Positions 1 through 9,193 of a stretch of 64,000 bases of DNA are shown piece by piece; the stretch's first letter is position 1, and each line of letters opens with the position of its first letter. Source of the stretch: an uncultured virus (IMG/VR IMGVR_UViG_3300021400_000004) (taxonomy: Duplodnaviria > Heunggongvirae > Uroviricota > Caudoviricetes); the IMG/VR virus record IMGVR_UViG_3300021400_000004; one strand, given 5' to 3'. The translations under genes and the position numbers were made by a program. The notes beneath the pieces are model-generated. The model did not search any database. It was not told the DNA's origin and saw only the letters and a program-made list of their open reading frames with translations.

Positions 1-413
1 TCAAGAATATCTTCTAATACCTCTACCTTTTTCTGATAGTAAACTGGAACTCTTTTACCATTATTACATTTAATATAATCAAAGAATTTAGTTTCTGCAA
101 AAAAATCTTCTACACCTTCAATTATAGCATCTTCATAATAGTAAACTTCAAGAGAACATAAATCATCAAGTTCTACTTCTTTATTATCTTCTTCTTCAAA
201 AGGTATCTTAAAAACAAAATCTGCATCTTTGCAAACCATTGCCGCCTTTGAAACTCCTTCACCAAAATAAATATTAATATTAATTGATTTGAGATAATCA
301 ATGGCGGGTTTTAAAAATTTATAACAGCTTTCATAATTAAGTGCTTCTTCATCAAAAATAGTATCATCAATGTGGTTTTTTATTATATCAAATAATTCTT
401 GAGGCGTAATCAT
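1..413 (-). CDS. Partial ORF (runs off the window), protein-kinase-like N-lobe
   Basis: Translated by hand from ATG at 413: ...FGEGVSKAAMVCKDADFVFKIPF...DLCSLEVYYY...PVYYQKKV; Gly-loop, VxKIP lysine and helix-C Glu pattern. Catalytic loop lies outside the window. Confidence 0.4.
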   Translation of the reverse strand, partial: MITPQELFDIIKNHIDDTIFDEEALNYESCYKFLKPAIDYLKSININIYFGEGVSKAAMVCKDADFVFKIPFEEEDNKEVELDDLCSLEVYYYEDAIIEGVEDFFAETKFFDYIKCNNGKRVPVYYQKKVEVLEDIL

Positions 414-422
414 CTTATTCTC

Positions 423-905
423 CTATATTAGATCATTTCTTCTATAAAAATCTATTAATGCAATTTGAAGTTCATTCCAAAATTTTGCAATTCTCTTTGG
501 ATATTTGCGCATATAGTCTCCCGCCCATTTAGTAGCAAAAAATTCATCTGGACAAGCGTGATACCAATCATTTCTATTGTCATCATCTGCGCAAGATGTC
601 ATATGCTCTTTCTGCTCTTCAAAATAGTCTAATTCTTCTTCAGTCCACATATCATCCGTCATGATATGGCCTACTTCGTGGAGGAGACACCAAAGCATAA
701 TATCTGCGTGAACGTCAGGGTATCTTTTCTCTGCATCTTCTTTAAAGTATCTAATATCCTCTTCATCTATGACAAGAGTATAGTTAATAAGACGATCAGG
801 ACAATAAGCAAGAAATTCATTCCCTAAATCAGCTTTAATATTAAAATTTTTAGTAAAGTTATTAATGATTCTATCTATTCTTCTAATTCCTTTTAATTTA
901 GCCAT
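423..905 (-). CDS. Putative zincin-type metallopeptidase
   Basis: LLHEVGH (HExxH) motif and a downstream DEFFA glutamate; 160 aa. Confidence 0.5.
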   Translation of the reverse strand: MAKLKGIRRIDRIINNFTKNFNIKADLGNEFLAYCPDRLINYTLVIDEEDIRYFKEDAEKRYPDVHADIMLWCLLHEVGHIMTDDMWTEEELDYFEEQKEHMTSCADDDNRNDWYHACPDEFFATKWAGDYMRKYPKRIAKFWNELQIALIDFYRRNDLI

Positions 906-1001
906 ACTCTTTCACCACTTTCTTTTTTCATTTTCTATATATATTATAATAAAAAATTTTTAAAAAATCAAATAAAGCCCCGTGAATCACGGGGCTAATT
1001 C

Positions 1002-1208
1002 TTAAGAGTTCTTTATCTCCTGAATAAAATCATCTATTGCTTCAAGAATCTTTGTATCTTCAAGATAAAACACGTCTGTTCTATGTTTCGCGCCATACCA
1101 GCTCAAAAAATTCATCCAAAACTGACCAACCCGCCAGTCAGGAAACTCTGCCTTATGGATACCATTAATAAAATGATAAATTGTATCTAATCTCTTTGGG
1201 TCTCTCAT
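1002..1208 (-). CDS. Small phage protein (MRDPKR...PDWRxGQ type)
   Basis: 68 aa, overlaps the upstream stop codon; hairpin at ~977-996 follows. Confidence 0.6.
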   Translation of the reverse strand: MRDPKRLDTIYHFINGIHKAEFPDWRVGQFWMNFLSWYGAKHRTDVFYLEDTKILEAIDDFIQEIKNS

Positions 1209-1630
1209 TTTGCTACCTCCTCAAAATCAATATATTCTAATTCATCTACAATTTTTTGATTTATAAACCAATTTGTCCACGGACTTTTTGCCAAATATTT
1301 TTTATTATAGACTTTTTTATTCCATTCATTTATATCTTTAATAAGGTCTGATCTTGATGCATCTTCATATTCACTATTAACTACTTCAATTCTTCGTTGA
1401 AGAGATTCGTATGTCATTCTATTTTGCTCTATAGTACGATTTTCTCCAATTCCTTTAAAAAGAATTTTTCCTATACATATTGTAGAAAATACAAGTCCAA
1501 AAACAATAAATAAACCACCTAATAATTCAATTTCATCGTAAAAACGACCAAAAATATTAGTTTTTTCATTTAAAATAACAAGAGTAATTCCTATTATTAA
1601 TATCCCTAAAGCAATAAGTGTAAGAATCAT
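1205..1630 (-). CDS. Membrane protein, two N-terminal TM helices
   Basis: Two hydrophobic segments; GGAGG RBS. Confidence 0.65.
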   Translation of the reverse strand: MILTLIALGILIIGITLVILNEKTNIFGRFYDEIELLGGLFIVFGLVFSTICIGKILFKGIGENRTIEQNRMTYESLQRRIEVVNSEYEDASRSDLIKDINEWNKKVYNKKYLAKSPWTNWFINQKIVDELEYIDFEEVAK

Positions 1631-1878
1631 ATTTCTATACCTCCAAAATAATCATTTTTAATTATCTCTGCAATTTTATAATTTACTGACTTGTAACCGC
1701 CAAAATGAAGCGCGAGCGCGGCAAGCATATATGGATCTGTAATGTCAGTATGATCATACCAATCTTTTATAAATAATTCTGCTCTATTCCATGAATTGCT
1801 TGTATGATAGGCTGCTTCTTGCCAATTTATATATAACTGAGTTGCTTCTCTAATTGACTTATAATCTATATGTGGCAT
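1627..1878 (-). CDS. Hypothetical protein
   Basis: 83 aa, tightly packed in an operon. Confidence 0.55.
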   Translation of the reverse strand: MPHIDYKSIREATQLYINWQEAAYHTSNSWNRAELFIKDWYDHTDITDPYMLAALALHFGGYKSVNYKIAEIIKNDYFGGIEI

Positions 1879-1882
1879 ATAA

Positions 1883-2776
1883 TCACTCTCCTTTCTTAAC
1901 TATACACCTACTAAGCTGAGTCTGTAAAATACCTCGAAATTCAGTATGTGCTTTGATAGTTCCACTTAATATAATCTTATCTCCTATTTCTATTGTATTA
2001 TCAATAGAAGACTGCGTAAACCAAGTAAATATATTATCACCTATTTTAAAAGTGTAAAGGATAGAACCGCCCCATTCACCTTCAATATATTTAATTGATT
2101 CAAGAGTAGCTTCAACTTTTCTTATTCTATCACCGATTGTACCATAATGCTGAGATTTTGATGTTGATGCGTTAGTCTTTGATATTGTTTCAGCTATATC
2201 ATTTTTTATTTCTATAAGTGCATTATCTTTAAAGTAAGGCTTTTTATTTCTATAATCCCAGTTGTATATTCCATCAAAAGTACAGTGATAGAAAAATGCG
2301 GTTGGTGGTAATGGAAGATCTTCAGGCTTGGTATTTGTATTAAAGAACCAGCCAAGTGACGCATCATAGCGGGCTCCCGCATTTTTAAGTATATCTTTAT
2401 ACTCATAAGTGTTAAATCCCGCAGGAATAAAGATATTACCATCTCCGTATCCGTACTTTTCCATATATTCTTTCTTATTCTTCTCAGAGTTAGCTTTAAG
2501 CTCTTCCTCTTTCTTTATTCTCTTGCGCTCTGCCGCAGCATCAAGTTTAGCTCTTTCATCTTCAGTATAAGCGCGAACAGTTTCATAAAACTTTCCAGCA
2601 CCCCTGCAATAGAAACAAACTCCATTATCAACATGACCATAATAAGGAATTTCTCCCTTTCCGCCACAACGAGGACAGTCTATTTTGCAGTCCGCCATCA
2701 TTTTTCCATTCTGATTATAAACTTTTATTACTTTATATCCTTTTTCCTCATAAGTTTTAGCTAATCTATATTCCAT
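1883..2776 (-). CDS. Protein with CxxCxGxG zinc finger and probable C-terminal OB fold
   Basis: CPRCGGKG...CFYCRGAG; C-terminal GDKIILSGTIKAH...TQLSR; start moved to the ATG after GAGGTG. Confidence 0.6.
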   Translation of the reverse strand: MEYRLAKTYEEKGYKVIKVYNQNGKMMADCKIDCPRCGGKGEIPYYGHVDNGVCFYCRGAGKFYETVRAYTEDERAKLDAAAERKRIKKEEELKANSEKNKKEYMEKYGYGDGNIFIPAGFNTYEYKDILKNAGARYDASLGWFFNTNTKPEDLPLPPTAFFYHCTFDGIYNWDYRNKKPYFKDNALIEIKNDIAETISKTNASTSKSQHYGTIGDRIRKVEATLESIKYIEGEWGGSILYTFKIGDNIFTWFTQSSIDNTIEIGDKIILSGTIKAHTEFRGILQTQLSRCIVKKGE

Positions 2777-2889
2777 AATCAACACCTCTTTCATTTCCTT
2801 TTTTAACTTTTCTATAATTATTATAACAAAAAATTTTAAAAAAATAAAATGGAGAATATATTATTAATATACTCTCCATTAAAGCATGA

Positions 2890-3498
2890 TTATTTCCATA
2901 TATACATATGGTTTTTTTCTTCTTCAACCATAGCATCCATATTCCAAAAATCAACAAACTCTGACTGAAGGCATGGCCCTATTAAATTACCATTAAGTAT
3001 TTCAATAGCTTTATTAGCTAATTCTTCTGTAAGTCCACTATACTCGCTTTTATCTTGAAAGTTATATAGTGTTTTTATCCAATGCTTTTTTATTCTATCT
3101 TGATCATAACCATGAAACCACTCGTCATCAAGAATTACCCAATTTTTAACTTGCGGGTTGCGGTCAAGCCAAGATAGAATTTCATCTGCTCGATCAATCC
3201 ATCTTTTTTCAATAGTCTTGCTATATACTTTTAAGCCCTGAGCGCGCAGCTTATTACTTAAATATTTTGCCATTTGATGATTCTGCTTGTACGCTCCTAC
3301 TTCAAAATATTTTCTCCAAGTAGAAATTAATACTATTTTTGCATTTGTTTCTTTTACTATCTTAGCAAGTAGTTTAACTTTTGAATTATCAACTCCTAAG
3401 TAAGAAATTTCATCATATATACAACAAGATTTTGAATGTTCCCAATTAAGAACGCCATCTATATCGAGAAAAATAATACTATTAACCTCAATATTCAT
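2890..3498 (-). CDS. HAD-superfamily phosphatase (resembles Swiss-Army-knife RNA-repair HAD type)
   Basis: FLDIDGVLN, IVLISTWR and WVILDDE motifs. Confidence 0.7.
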   Translation of the reverse strand: MNIEVNSIIFLDIDGVLNWEHSKSCCIYDEISYLGVDNSKVKLLAKIVKETNAKIVLISTWRKYFEVGAYKQNHQMAKYLSNKLRAQGLKVYSKTIEKRWIDRADEILSWLDRNPQVKNWVILDDEWFHGYDQDRIKKHWIKTLYNFQDKSEYSGLTEELANKAIEILNGNLIGPCLQSEFVDFWNMDAMVEEEKNHMYIWK

Positions 3499-3585
3499 TA
3501 AATTGTCTCCTTAATAATGATACAAAATTAAATATACGCGGTATCAAATAGACATCATGGGCGGCCGCCCCACACAAACCTATTA

Positions 3586-3852
3586 TTATATCTGTGAAGT
3601 ATCCCATTTATTTATTTCCTCCGTTTCTCTACAAGAAGCTAAGAATCCTTTTGTTTCTACTACATTTATAGACTCCTCACACCACTCAATCATTAATGAA
3701 AGTAATTCTTTTTCACCATAAACACTTACAATTTTTGTAGTAGCTTCTGTAAAAGTTTCTGCATTGACGAAACCTTCAACATATTCAACTTTATTTTCAA
3801 CTTCATCAGATATTTTAGCTTTATAAGCAAACAGATCCATCATGATAACCAT
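3586..3852 (-). CDS. Hypothetical protein
   Basis: 88-aa ORF in operon. Confidence 0.55.
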   Translation of the reverse strand: MVIMMDLFAYKAKISDEVENKVEYVEGFVNAETFTEATTKIVSVYGEKELLSLMIEWCEESINVVETKGFLASCRETEEINKWDTSQI

Positions 3853-4061
3853 TTCCTTTCTATCTTTTGTATTTCTTTATCTGTAATATCATATATTTTA
3901 TATTTTTCACATAAGGTCGTAAAAACTCCAAGCGGGACTACATTATGCGCATAGCCTGCTTCCCGCAGCTCTCTACCTATTGCATTAATCTTACCTTCAC
4001 GAGTATTTACAAGTCCTGTGCCTTCCGCTTCATTCATATATAACCAATAGTCTAATCTCAT
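3840..4061 (-). CDS. Hypothetical protein
   Basis: 73 aa with AGGAGG RBS. Confidence 0.6.
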   Translation of the reverse strand: MRLDYWLYMNEAEGTGLVNTREGKINAIGRELREAGYAHNVVPLGVFTTLCEKYKIYDITDKEIQKIERKWLS

Positions 4062-4073
4062 TCCCGCCCCTCC

Positions 4074-4574
4074 TTAATAAGAAATAAACATTGTAAGTCT
4101 TATATCATCACTGCAAAGATAATTATCTTCACTTAATTCGATCATTGATGATACCATTTTTTCAATATAATTCCAATCTATATCATCCTCATAATCTTCA
4201 TCATCTTCATTGTTATTTTCTTTTTTATGTTTTTCATCAAGAGTCTGTTTAAGTGCGAGATATTTTATATTTGCATAAGAGGTTGTATAAAAATATGTAT
4301 TATTATATGAAATATCATTAATATCATCATCATCTGGATCATAAAGTCCAAGTTCTATATACTTATCTTTAATCTCTTCTTTTGAAGTCATTCGTTTAAT
4401 TTCTCTCATCTGTCTAAGCTTTGTCCATTTTTCACGTCCGCAAAAGAAGAAATTGACAGGTTTACTGATAGATTTATCCCCTTTATCATAATAAAGTTTT
4501 ATTGGCTCAAAATCATTTGAATTATTCTTTCTTTTTTCTACAAAGCATATTATTTCAACACTCATTATTAACAC
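4074..4574 (-). CDS. Acidic hypothetical protein
   Basis: 166 aa; upstream minus-strand TTGATT/TATAAT promoter. Confidence 0.6.
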   Translation of the reverse strand: MLIMSVEIICFVEKRKNNSNDFEPIKLYYDKGDKSISKPVNFFFCGREKWTKLRQMREIKRMTSKEEIKDKYIELGLYDPDDDDINDISYNNTYFYTTSYANIKYLALKQTLDEKHKKENNNEDDEDYEDDIDWNYIEKMVSSMIELSEDNYLCSDDIRLTMFISY

Positions 4575-4647
4575 CTCTATTCTTTTTATTTTCTATAATT
4601 ATTATAATAAAATTTTTATTAAAAATCAAATAAGGTTGCGCGCAACG

Positions 4648-4676
4648 TTGACAAAGAAGAAAAAATTTAGTATAAT
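4648..4676 (+). promoter_or_regulatory. sigmaA-type promoter
   Basis: TTGACA-N17-TATAAT, divergent from a minus-strand promoter. Confidence 0.8.
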
Positions 4677-4726
4677 AAAATTAAAGAAAAATGATTAAGA
4701 AAAGACGGGGAGGTATTATAAATAAT

Positions 4727-5001
4727 ATGTCAATAGAAAATTTAAATACGGTAATTTCAATAGAGAAGGCAAGAGAGTTGACTAAAAGGCTAATGACTTT
4801 ACTCCTAATCAAAGAATTAAATATTACAATACCTTAATAGAGAGAGCAGCAAAATCAGGCAAAAATTATATACAGGTAAGGTATTGGGATGAAGATGAAT
4901 TTGTTTATGAAAAGTTGCGGGAGGCGGGCTTTAAGGTACTTCAAGGTGAAAATACTTTAATGACGATTGTAAAAATTTCATGGCGGGAAATAGAGCTTTG
5001 A
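4727..5001 (+). pseudogene. Frameshifted small gene (~91 aa if repaired)
   Basis: MSIENLNTVISIEKARELTK continues in the -1 frame as KANDFTPNQRIKYYNTLIERAAKSG...KISWREIEL if one A is added to the A4 run at 4784-4787. Confidence 0.55.
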
Positions 5002-5026
5002 GGCGTCATGAGGAGACAAATCCCGC
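4983..5026 (+). repeat. Dispersed 44-bp site, copy 1
   Basis: GCGGGA-N8-TTTGAGGCGTCATGA-N9-TCCCGC; same core at 21381-21395 and 53753-53767. Confidence 0.7.
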
Positions 5027-5106
5027 GATAGTTGCAAAAACAGTTAAAAAAGAAAGAGAGATAGAATCCGAAAGAACACGAAAAATCGGTAGTATAGGAG
5101 TGAAAT

Positions 5107-5307
5107 ATGTTAGTTTTAATATTAATTTTATTAGGGGTAATTGTTATTGGGGTTGGTATAATTATATGGGGGATTGTGCAAATTAGAGAGGATATAGAGT
5201 ATTTAGCGCTGAGTGTAGTTATAAATAAGAGGGTAGATGAATATTTGAGGGGTAATGTTGAAAAAATTAAAAGACCCCTGATTTTTAATAGGGGGTCTTG
5301 TTTTTAG
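5107..5307 (+). CDS. Small membrane protein
   Basis: N-terminal hydrophobic helix; AGGAGTG RBS. Confidence 0.55.
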   Translation: MLVLILILLGVIVIGVGIIIWGIVQIREDIEYLALSVVINKRVDEYLRGNVEKIKRPLIFNRGSCF

Positions 5308-5988
5308 TTATTTTTTTTCGGGGGTACTTTCCCAATTATAAGGTTGATACTTTTTTGTCTTTTGAGGGCGGAAACCATATTTGTCTTTAAATATATTCAT
5401 TATTGTATTATAATCATTTAATACATTATCTCCTAATAATTCGAGGAATTCTTGTTTAGAGAGGTTTCCCGCTTGGTATTCCGCGCAATATTTAAAGTTT
5501 AATTCATTGTTGCCTTTTGTTTTAAATAGCATTTTAAGATAATCAAGTTCTTCTGCAGTCAGAGGGATATAATGCAGATGATCTTCTGAAGGTCTACTCC
5601 ATCTATCATCTACTGATGTATAGAATGTACGAAGAACTTGTCTGACATAGCGCGCAACTGTTTCTTCTTGAACTTTATACTTATTATTAACTTGTATGTT
5701 TCGCGCAACATTTGAACCTGAATTATAAGGTTCTTCCGCAATGATAGTATCAGTTTTTTGTTTGTAGTATTCCATACGCTTCTCCTTTGAATTTTTTTCT
5801 TTTGGGGTTTCAAATGGTTTTAACTCTTTTGTGAGAACATAGTTACCTTTTGTTGTTAAGTACCAATTAAAATATTGAGATAAATGTTCGAGATATTTTT
5901 CTCTATTATTAGAGAAAGTTTTTGGAGTTACTTTAAAAAATGTTTCTGCTATAAATCGTGCAGGATAGGGTTTGTTTAATTCATACAT
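5308..5988 (-). CDS. Putative DNA-binding protein (possible replication initiator)
   Basis: Basic, HTH-like segments; AAAGGAG RBS before the ATG at 5988; adjacent to iteron-like repeats. Confidence 0.45.
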   Translation of the reverse strand: MYELNKPYPARFIAETFFKVTPKTFSNNREKYLEHLSQYFNWYLTTKGNYVLTKELKPFETPKEKNSKEKRMEYYKQKTDTIIAEEPYNSGSNVARNIQVNNKYKVQEETVARYVRQVLRTFYTSVDDRWSRPSEDHLHYIPLTAEELDYLKMLFKTKGNNELNFKYCAEYQAGNLSKQEFLELLGDNVLNDYNTIMNIFKDKYGFRPQKTKKYQPYNWESTPEKK

Positions 5989-6056
5989 AAATATTTTCTC
6001 CTTTCTGTTATACAATATATAAAAAATATATTATATAAATTTAATATAGTTGTCCT

Positions 6057-6514
6057 AAAAAATGGAATAAAAGTGCTTACATTTTCCTTTTCAAGTATTT
6101 TGTTCCATTTTTGAATCCAATTTTATTATATATAGAAGCGTATTTTTAGTTAGTAAAATACAAGGTTTTACTTGTATACAAGTTTTTATTTATTTTTGTT
6201 CCATTTTTGAATCCGTCTCTATATATATAATAAATCCGGATTTAGAAATGGAACAAAAATAATAGTTTTTATTAGAGTAGAAGTAAAAGTATTAGAGCAG
6301 ATAGATTTTAAAAGATTTTTTTTAAGATTCTCGGAGTTTAAGAAAATCCTTTAAAATCCTCGGAGTTTTAAAAAATCCTCGGAGTGTGGTGCCCAAACTT
6401 CCTCCCCCTATACCACCTTACTCTTCCTCATGACGTCCGTTAACAAAAGTCAGTCTCCGTAAGATTAGTTTTAAATCGAGGACCGAAGGTCCGAAGATTT
6501 AAAACTAATCTTAC
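6057..6514. repeat. Origin-like non-coding repeat region
   Basis: TTTTGTTCCATTTTTGAATCC at 6098 and 6194 with inverted variants at 6057 and 6238; three CTCGGAGT repeats (6329-6385); 56-nt inverted repeat at 6459-6514; flanking AT tracts. Confidence 0.6.
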
Positions 6515-6902
6515 TTTTCTTTCCTTTACTTTTTTAAAAATATATATTATAATTAAAGTGAATAAATATAATAAATATAATATTAAATATTTTATAAAAA
6601 ATCAAATCATCTATTTTTGGGAAGCATATGATGCGGGCGCGCGTGCGAGAAGCAAAAAACAACTATCAAACTCCCCTGGACTCCCTTAAGGCGGCCGCTG
6701 CCGCCCTGAGCATTCAAACATTCAAATAACCAGTGCATAAAGTCATATGCGGGCGCTCGTCTAATGCAGTGGTGGACGAGGGTAAAGCAGTAGAAACTTA
6801 ATAAAATTAAGATTTTTTATTAAAATATTAAGAAAATTAAGTGAAAAGGCTCATTTTTGGGAAAAAATAAAGTATTTTTTGTAAAAAAATTTCAAAAATT
6901 AA

Positions 6903-6961
6903 TTGACAAAATGAGGTTTCTGTGGTAAAATTCGGCATGGAACCGATGGTTCGCATGCCGA
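6903..6961 (+). ncRNA. Hairpin-family element 1 (variant) with sigmaA promoter
   Basis: TTGACA-N17-TAAAAT (TG-extended), then TCGGCATG-G-AACCGATGGTT-CGCATGCCGA. Confidence 0.45.
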
Positions 6962-7046
6962 CAAGCTATTTTTAGGAAAAAATAATGAAAAAATAGTAAA
7001 TAAAATGCAAAAAAATAACATTTTATAGCATTTTATTAATAAAAAA

Positions 7047-7074
7047 CGGAAGATTTGCGCACGCAAATCTTCCG
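7047..7074 (+). ncRNA. Hairpin-family element 2 (loop-less variant)
   Basis: CGGAAGATTTGCG-CA-CGCAAATCTTCCG, followed by ACAAG and a terminator hairpin. Confidence 0.45.
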
Positions 7075-7130
7075 ACAAGTAAAAAATGCGCCTTTCAGCG
7101 CATTTTTTTGTTTTTTAGGGGGCAACCGCC

Positions 7131-7514
7131 CTACTTTTTAGGTGGGCGGTGTTTGGTCAGCTTAAAGGTGTACTCTGCCCCCTCATAGCTAAAAGCTATT
7201 TCGGTTTCAGTTTTTACTGCGGTTACGTCTGCCCCGATTCCCTCTAAAAGGGTTTTTAATTCAGCGAGCAACCGCCCCTTTACCTCGTCAACCTTGCGCA
7301 CCTTTTCAGCCTTTTTTCTTGGCTTTGCGCTTTGCTCATAACGTCTTTCCCCCTTGACGTCCTGTGCCTTTTTGGTTTCCTCAGTTGGTTCAATCTTGCC
7401 CTCTTCTTCAAGGATAAGGTCGCAAGCTTCTGTGATACTGATTTCAAGGCTCTCAACGTACTTATCAATAAGTTCATCAGATACTTCAAAACCTTTGTAT
7501 TTCATTTTTATCAC
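7131..7514 (-). CDS. Hypothetical early protein
   Basis: 127 aa; own promoter, GAGGTG RBS and terminator at 7081-7109. Confidence 0.7.
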   Translation of the reverse strand: MIKMKYKGFEVSDELIDKYVESLEISITEACDLILEEEGKIEPTEETKKAQDVKGERRYEQSAKPRKKAEKVRKVDEVKGRLLAELKTLLEGIGADVTAVKTETEIAFSYEGAEYTFKLTKHRPPKK

Positions 7515-7578
7515 CTCTCTTGTTTTTCTTTATTATATCATAGGGGCTGGCGGTTCGTCAACCCCTATTTTATATTTT

Positions 7579-8280
7579 TTAAGAAAAACATTCCTTGCGC
7601 ATTGGCTTGTGCTTTGCGAAACAATATCTTAAAATTTCTTTTTCAATCAAAACGTCCTCAAGTCCAGTGTGACTTTCAACAAAATCAACATCATTTGTTA
7701 TATATTTATAAAGGACTTCCGCTTTTACTTGCGGTCTTGGTGTTTTATGCTTTGTAATAAAACCATTTTCAAAACAGAAACGTCTATAACTTGGTGTTTT
7801 TACAATAACGTCCTGAGCCATTTTCATTGTATCCCATATTTCACAACCATAAGGGAGAAAATATCTATACTTTGACTTTGTAAGCCATCTCTGTGTGTTG
7901 TTTGTTGCTCCATAGTCAAAACGCATATTGTGTGCGCAAATTGTTTTTGTATTATACTTTTTAAGAGTATCTGCAAGGTCTTTTTTAATTTCATACCAAC
8001 TTGCAACCTTGCGCTTGCCGTTTTCTATATCTTCATAATACTGTGGAAGTTTATCGGCATAATAACTTGACTTCATTAACTCTTTTTCGTCATAGAATAT
8101 ATCTCTATTTACATATGACTTTGTTTCATACACATTTCCGTGTTTATCAACAACCGCCCAACCTACATCATATACCCACATATTATTTGGGGTTACGCTC
8201 TCAATTTCTCTATCAAGTGGACAAGTTTCAGTGTCAATAACTACAATATAATGCTTTCTTCTGTCAATACTCATTTTCAT
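7579..8280 (-). CDS. DEDDh-family 3'-5' exonuclease
   Basis: VIDTET (ExoI), AHNMRFD (ExoII), ESHTGLED (ExoIII). Confidence 0.8.
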   Translation of the reverse strand: MKMSIDRRKHYIVVIDTETCPLDREIESVTPNNMWVYDVGWAVVDKHGNVYETKSYVNRDIFYDEKELMKSSYYADKLPQYYEDIENGKRKVASWYEIKKDLADTLKKYNTKTICAHNMRFDYGATNNTQRWLTKSKYRYFLPYGCEIWDTMKMAQDVIVKTPSYRRFCFENGFITKHKTPRPQVKAEVLYKYITNDVDFVESHTGLEDVLIEKEILRYCFAKHKPMRKECFS

Positions 8281-8396
8281 TTTTCCTTTCTCTAACCACT
8301 CTTTTTTGTGGTGTACTATAATATTTTACTTTGGCGGTGTTTTACAAGATTTTATTCCGTCAACTTGCGTTCCTTACATTATATATATTATCATAT

Positions 8397-8864
8397 TTAT
8401 GCTACATTGTCAAGTATTTTTTCAAGTTCTTTCAAAATATTTTCATTTGCGTTTACAGTTGCGCCTAAATTCCAACCTTTGCGTACTTTTTCATTATCAT
8501 CAAATAATATCTGAAAACCGCCCCTTTTTCTTGTACAATTAGCTTTTGTAGTTCCATATTTCACAAGATGTATCTCGTCATATGGAAAACCATATTTTGT
8601 AAGCCATTCAAGTTTAGCCTGACGAACCATGTCATCATATCTTTTTGTGCTATCTTTTGCAAGCCACGTTGTGACTACTATACGATAACCATATGCTTTC
8701 AAACTATTAAGAATTTTAGCCATATACTTCATATTATAAAGCGGCTTCGCTTCTACATATGGTCTTGTGTTTTCATTTCTTAAATCATTCAACCAACCCT
8801 CTACACCATAAAGGTCAGCGATTGTTCCGTCCATATCAAATACAAGTGTTCTGTTCATAGGCAT
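8397..8864 (-). CDS. HAD-family phosphatase / 5'-nucleotidase-like
   Basis: VFDMDGTIAD, IVVTT and ILFDD motifs. Confidence 0.75.
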   Translation of the reverse strand: MPMNRTLVFDMDGTIADLYGVEGWLNDLRNENTRPYVEAKPLYNMKYMAKILNSLKAYGYRIVVTTWLAKDSTKRYDDMVRQAKLEWLTKYGFPYDEIHLVKYGTTKANCTRKRGGFQILFDDNEKVRKGWNLGATVNANENILKELEKILDNVA

Positions 8865-9060
8865 TTACCCCTTTCCTTTACTGTATCTTTATTATATCAC
8901 TTGCGGTTGCTATTGTCAAGCACTTTTTTTATTTTTTTGTGCTTGCTTGGTGCTTACCGCTCCTTACATTATCTATTATAACAGATTGATTATAAAATGC
9001 AATATACAAAATGCACAAAGTTTCAGGAAAAAATTTGTGCAAAATTTTTTAAAATTTTAC

Positions 9061-9125
9061 TTGACAAAAAAGCTCGACGGGTGTATAATGGAAATTTGGC
9101 AAGCTGTCGGCCGACAGCTTGCCAA
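9061..9125 (+). ncRNA. Hairpin-family element 3 (loop-less) with sigmaA promoter
   Basis: TTGACA-N17-TATAAT; perfect 30-nt palindrome TTGGCAAGCTGTCGGCCGACAGCTTGCCAA starts 7 nt after the -10. Confidence 0.6.
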
Positions 9126-9193
9126 CAAGGAAAATAGCCATAGTTTTCACTATGGCTATAAGGAAAGGAGGTTTCAATTTTCATCTCGTTGAG

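Noticed and set aside
6627..6782. GC-rich patches (ATGCGGGCGC twice; CTCGTC/GACGAG hairpin)
   Set aside because: They do not fit the family geometry and I could not assign a consistent structure.
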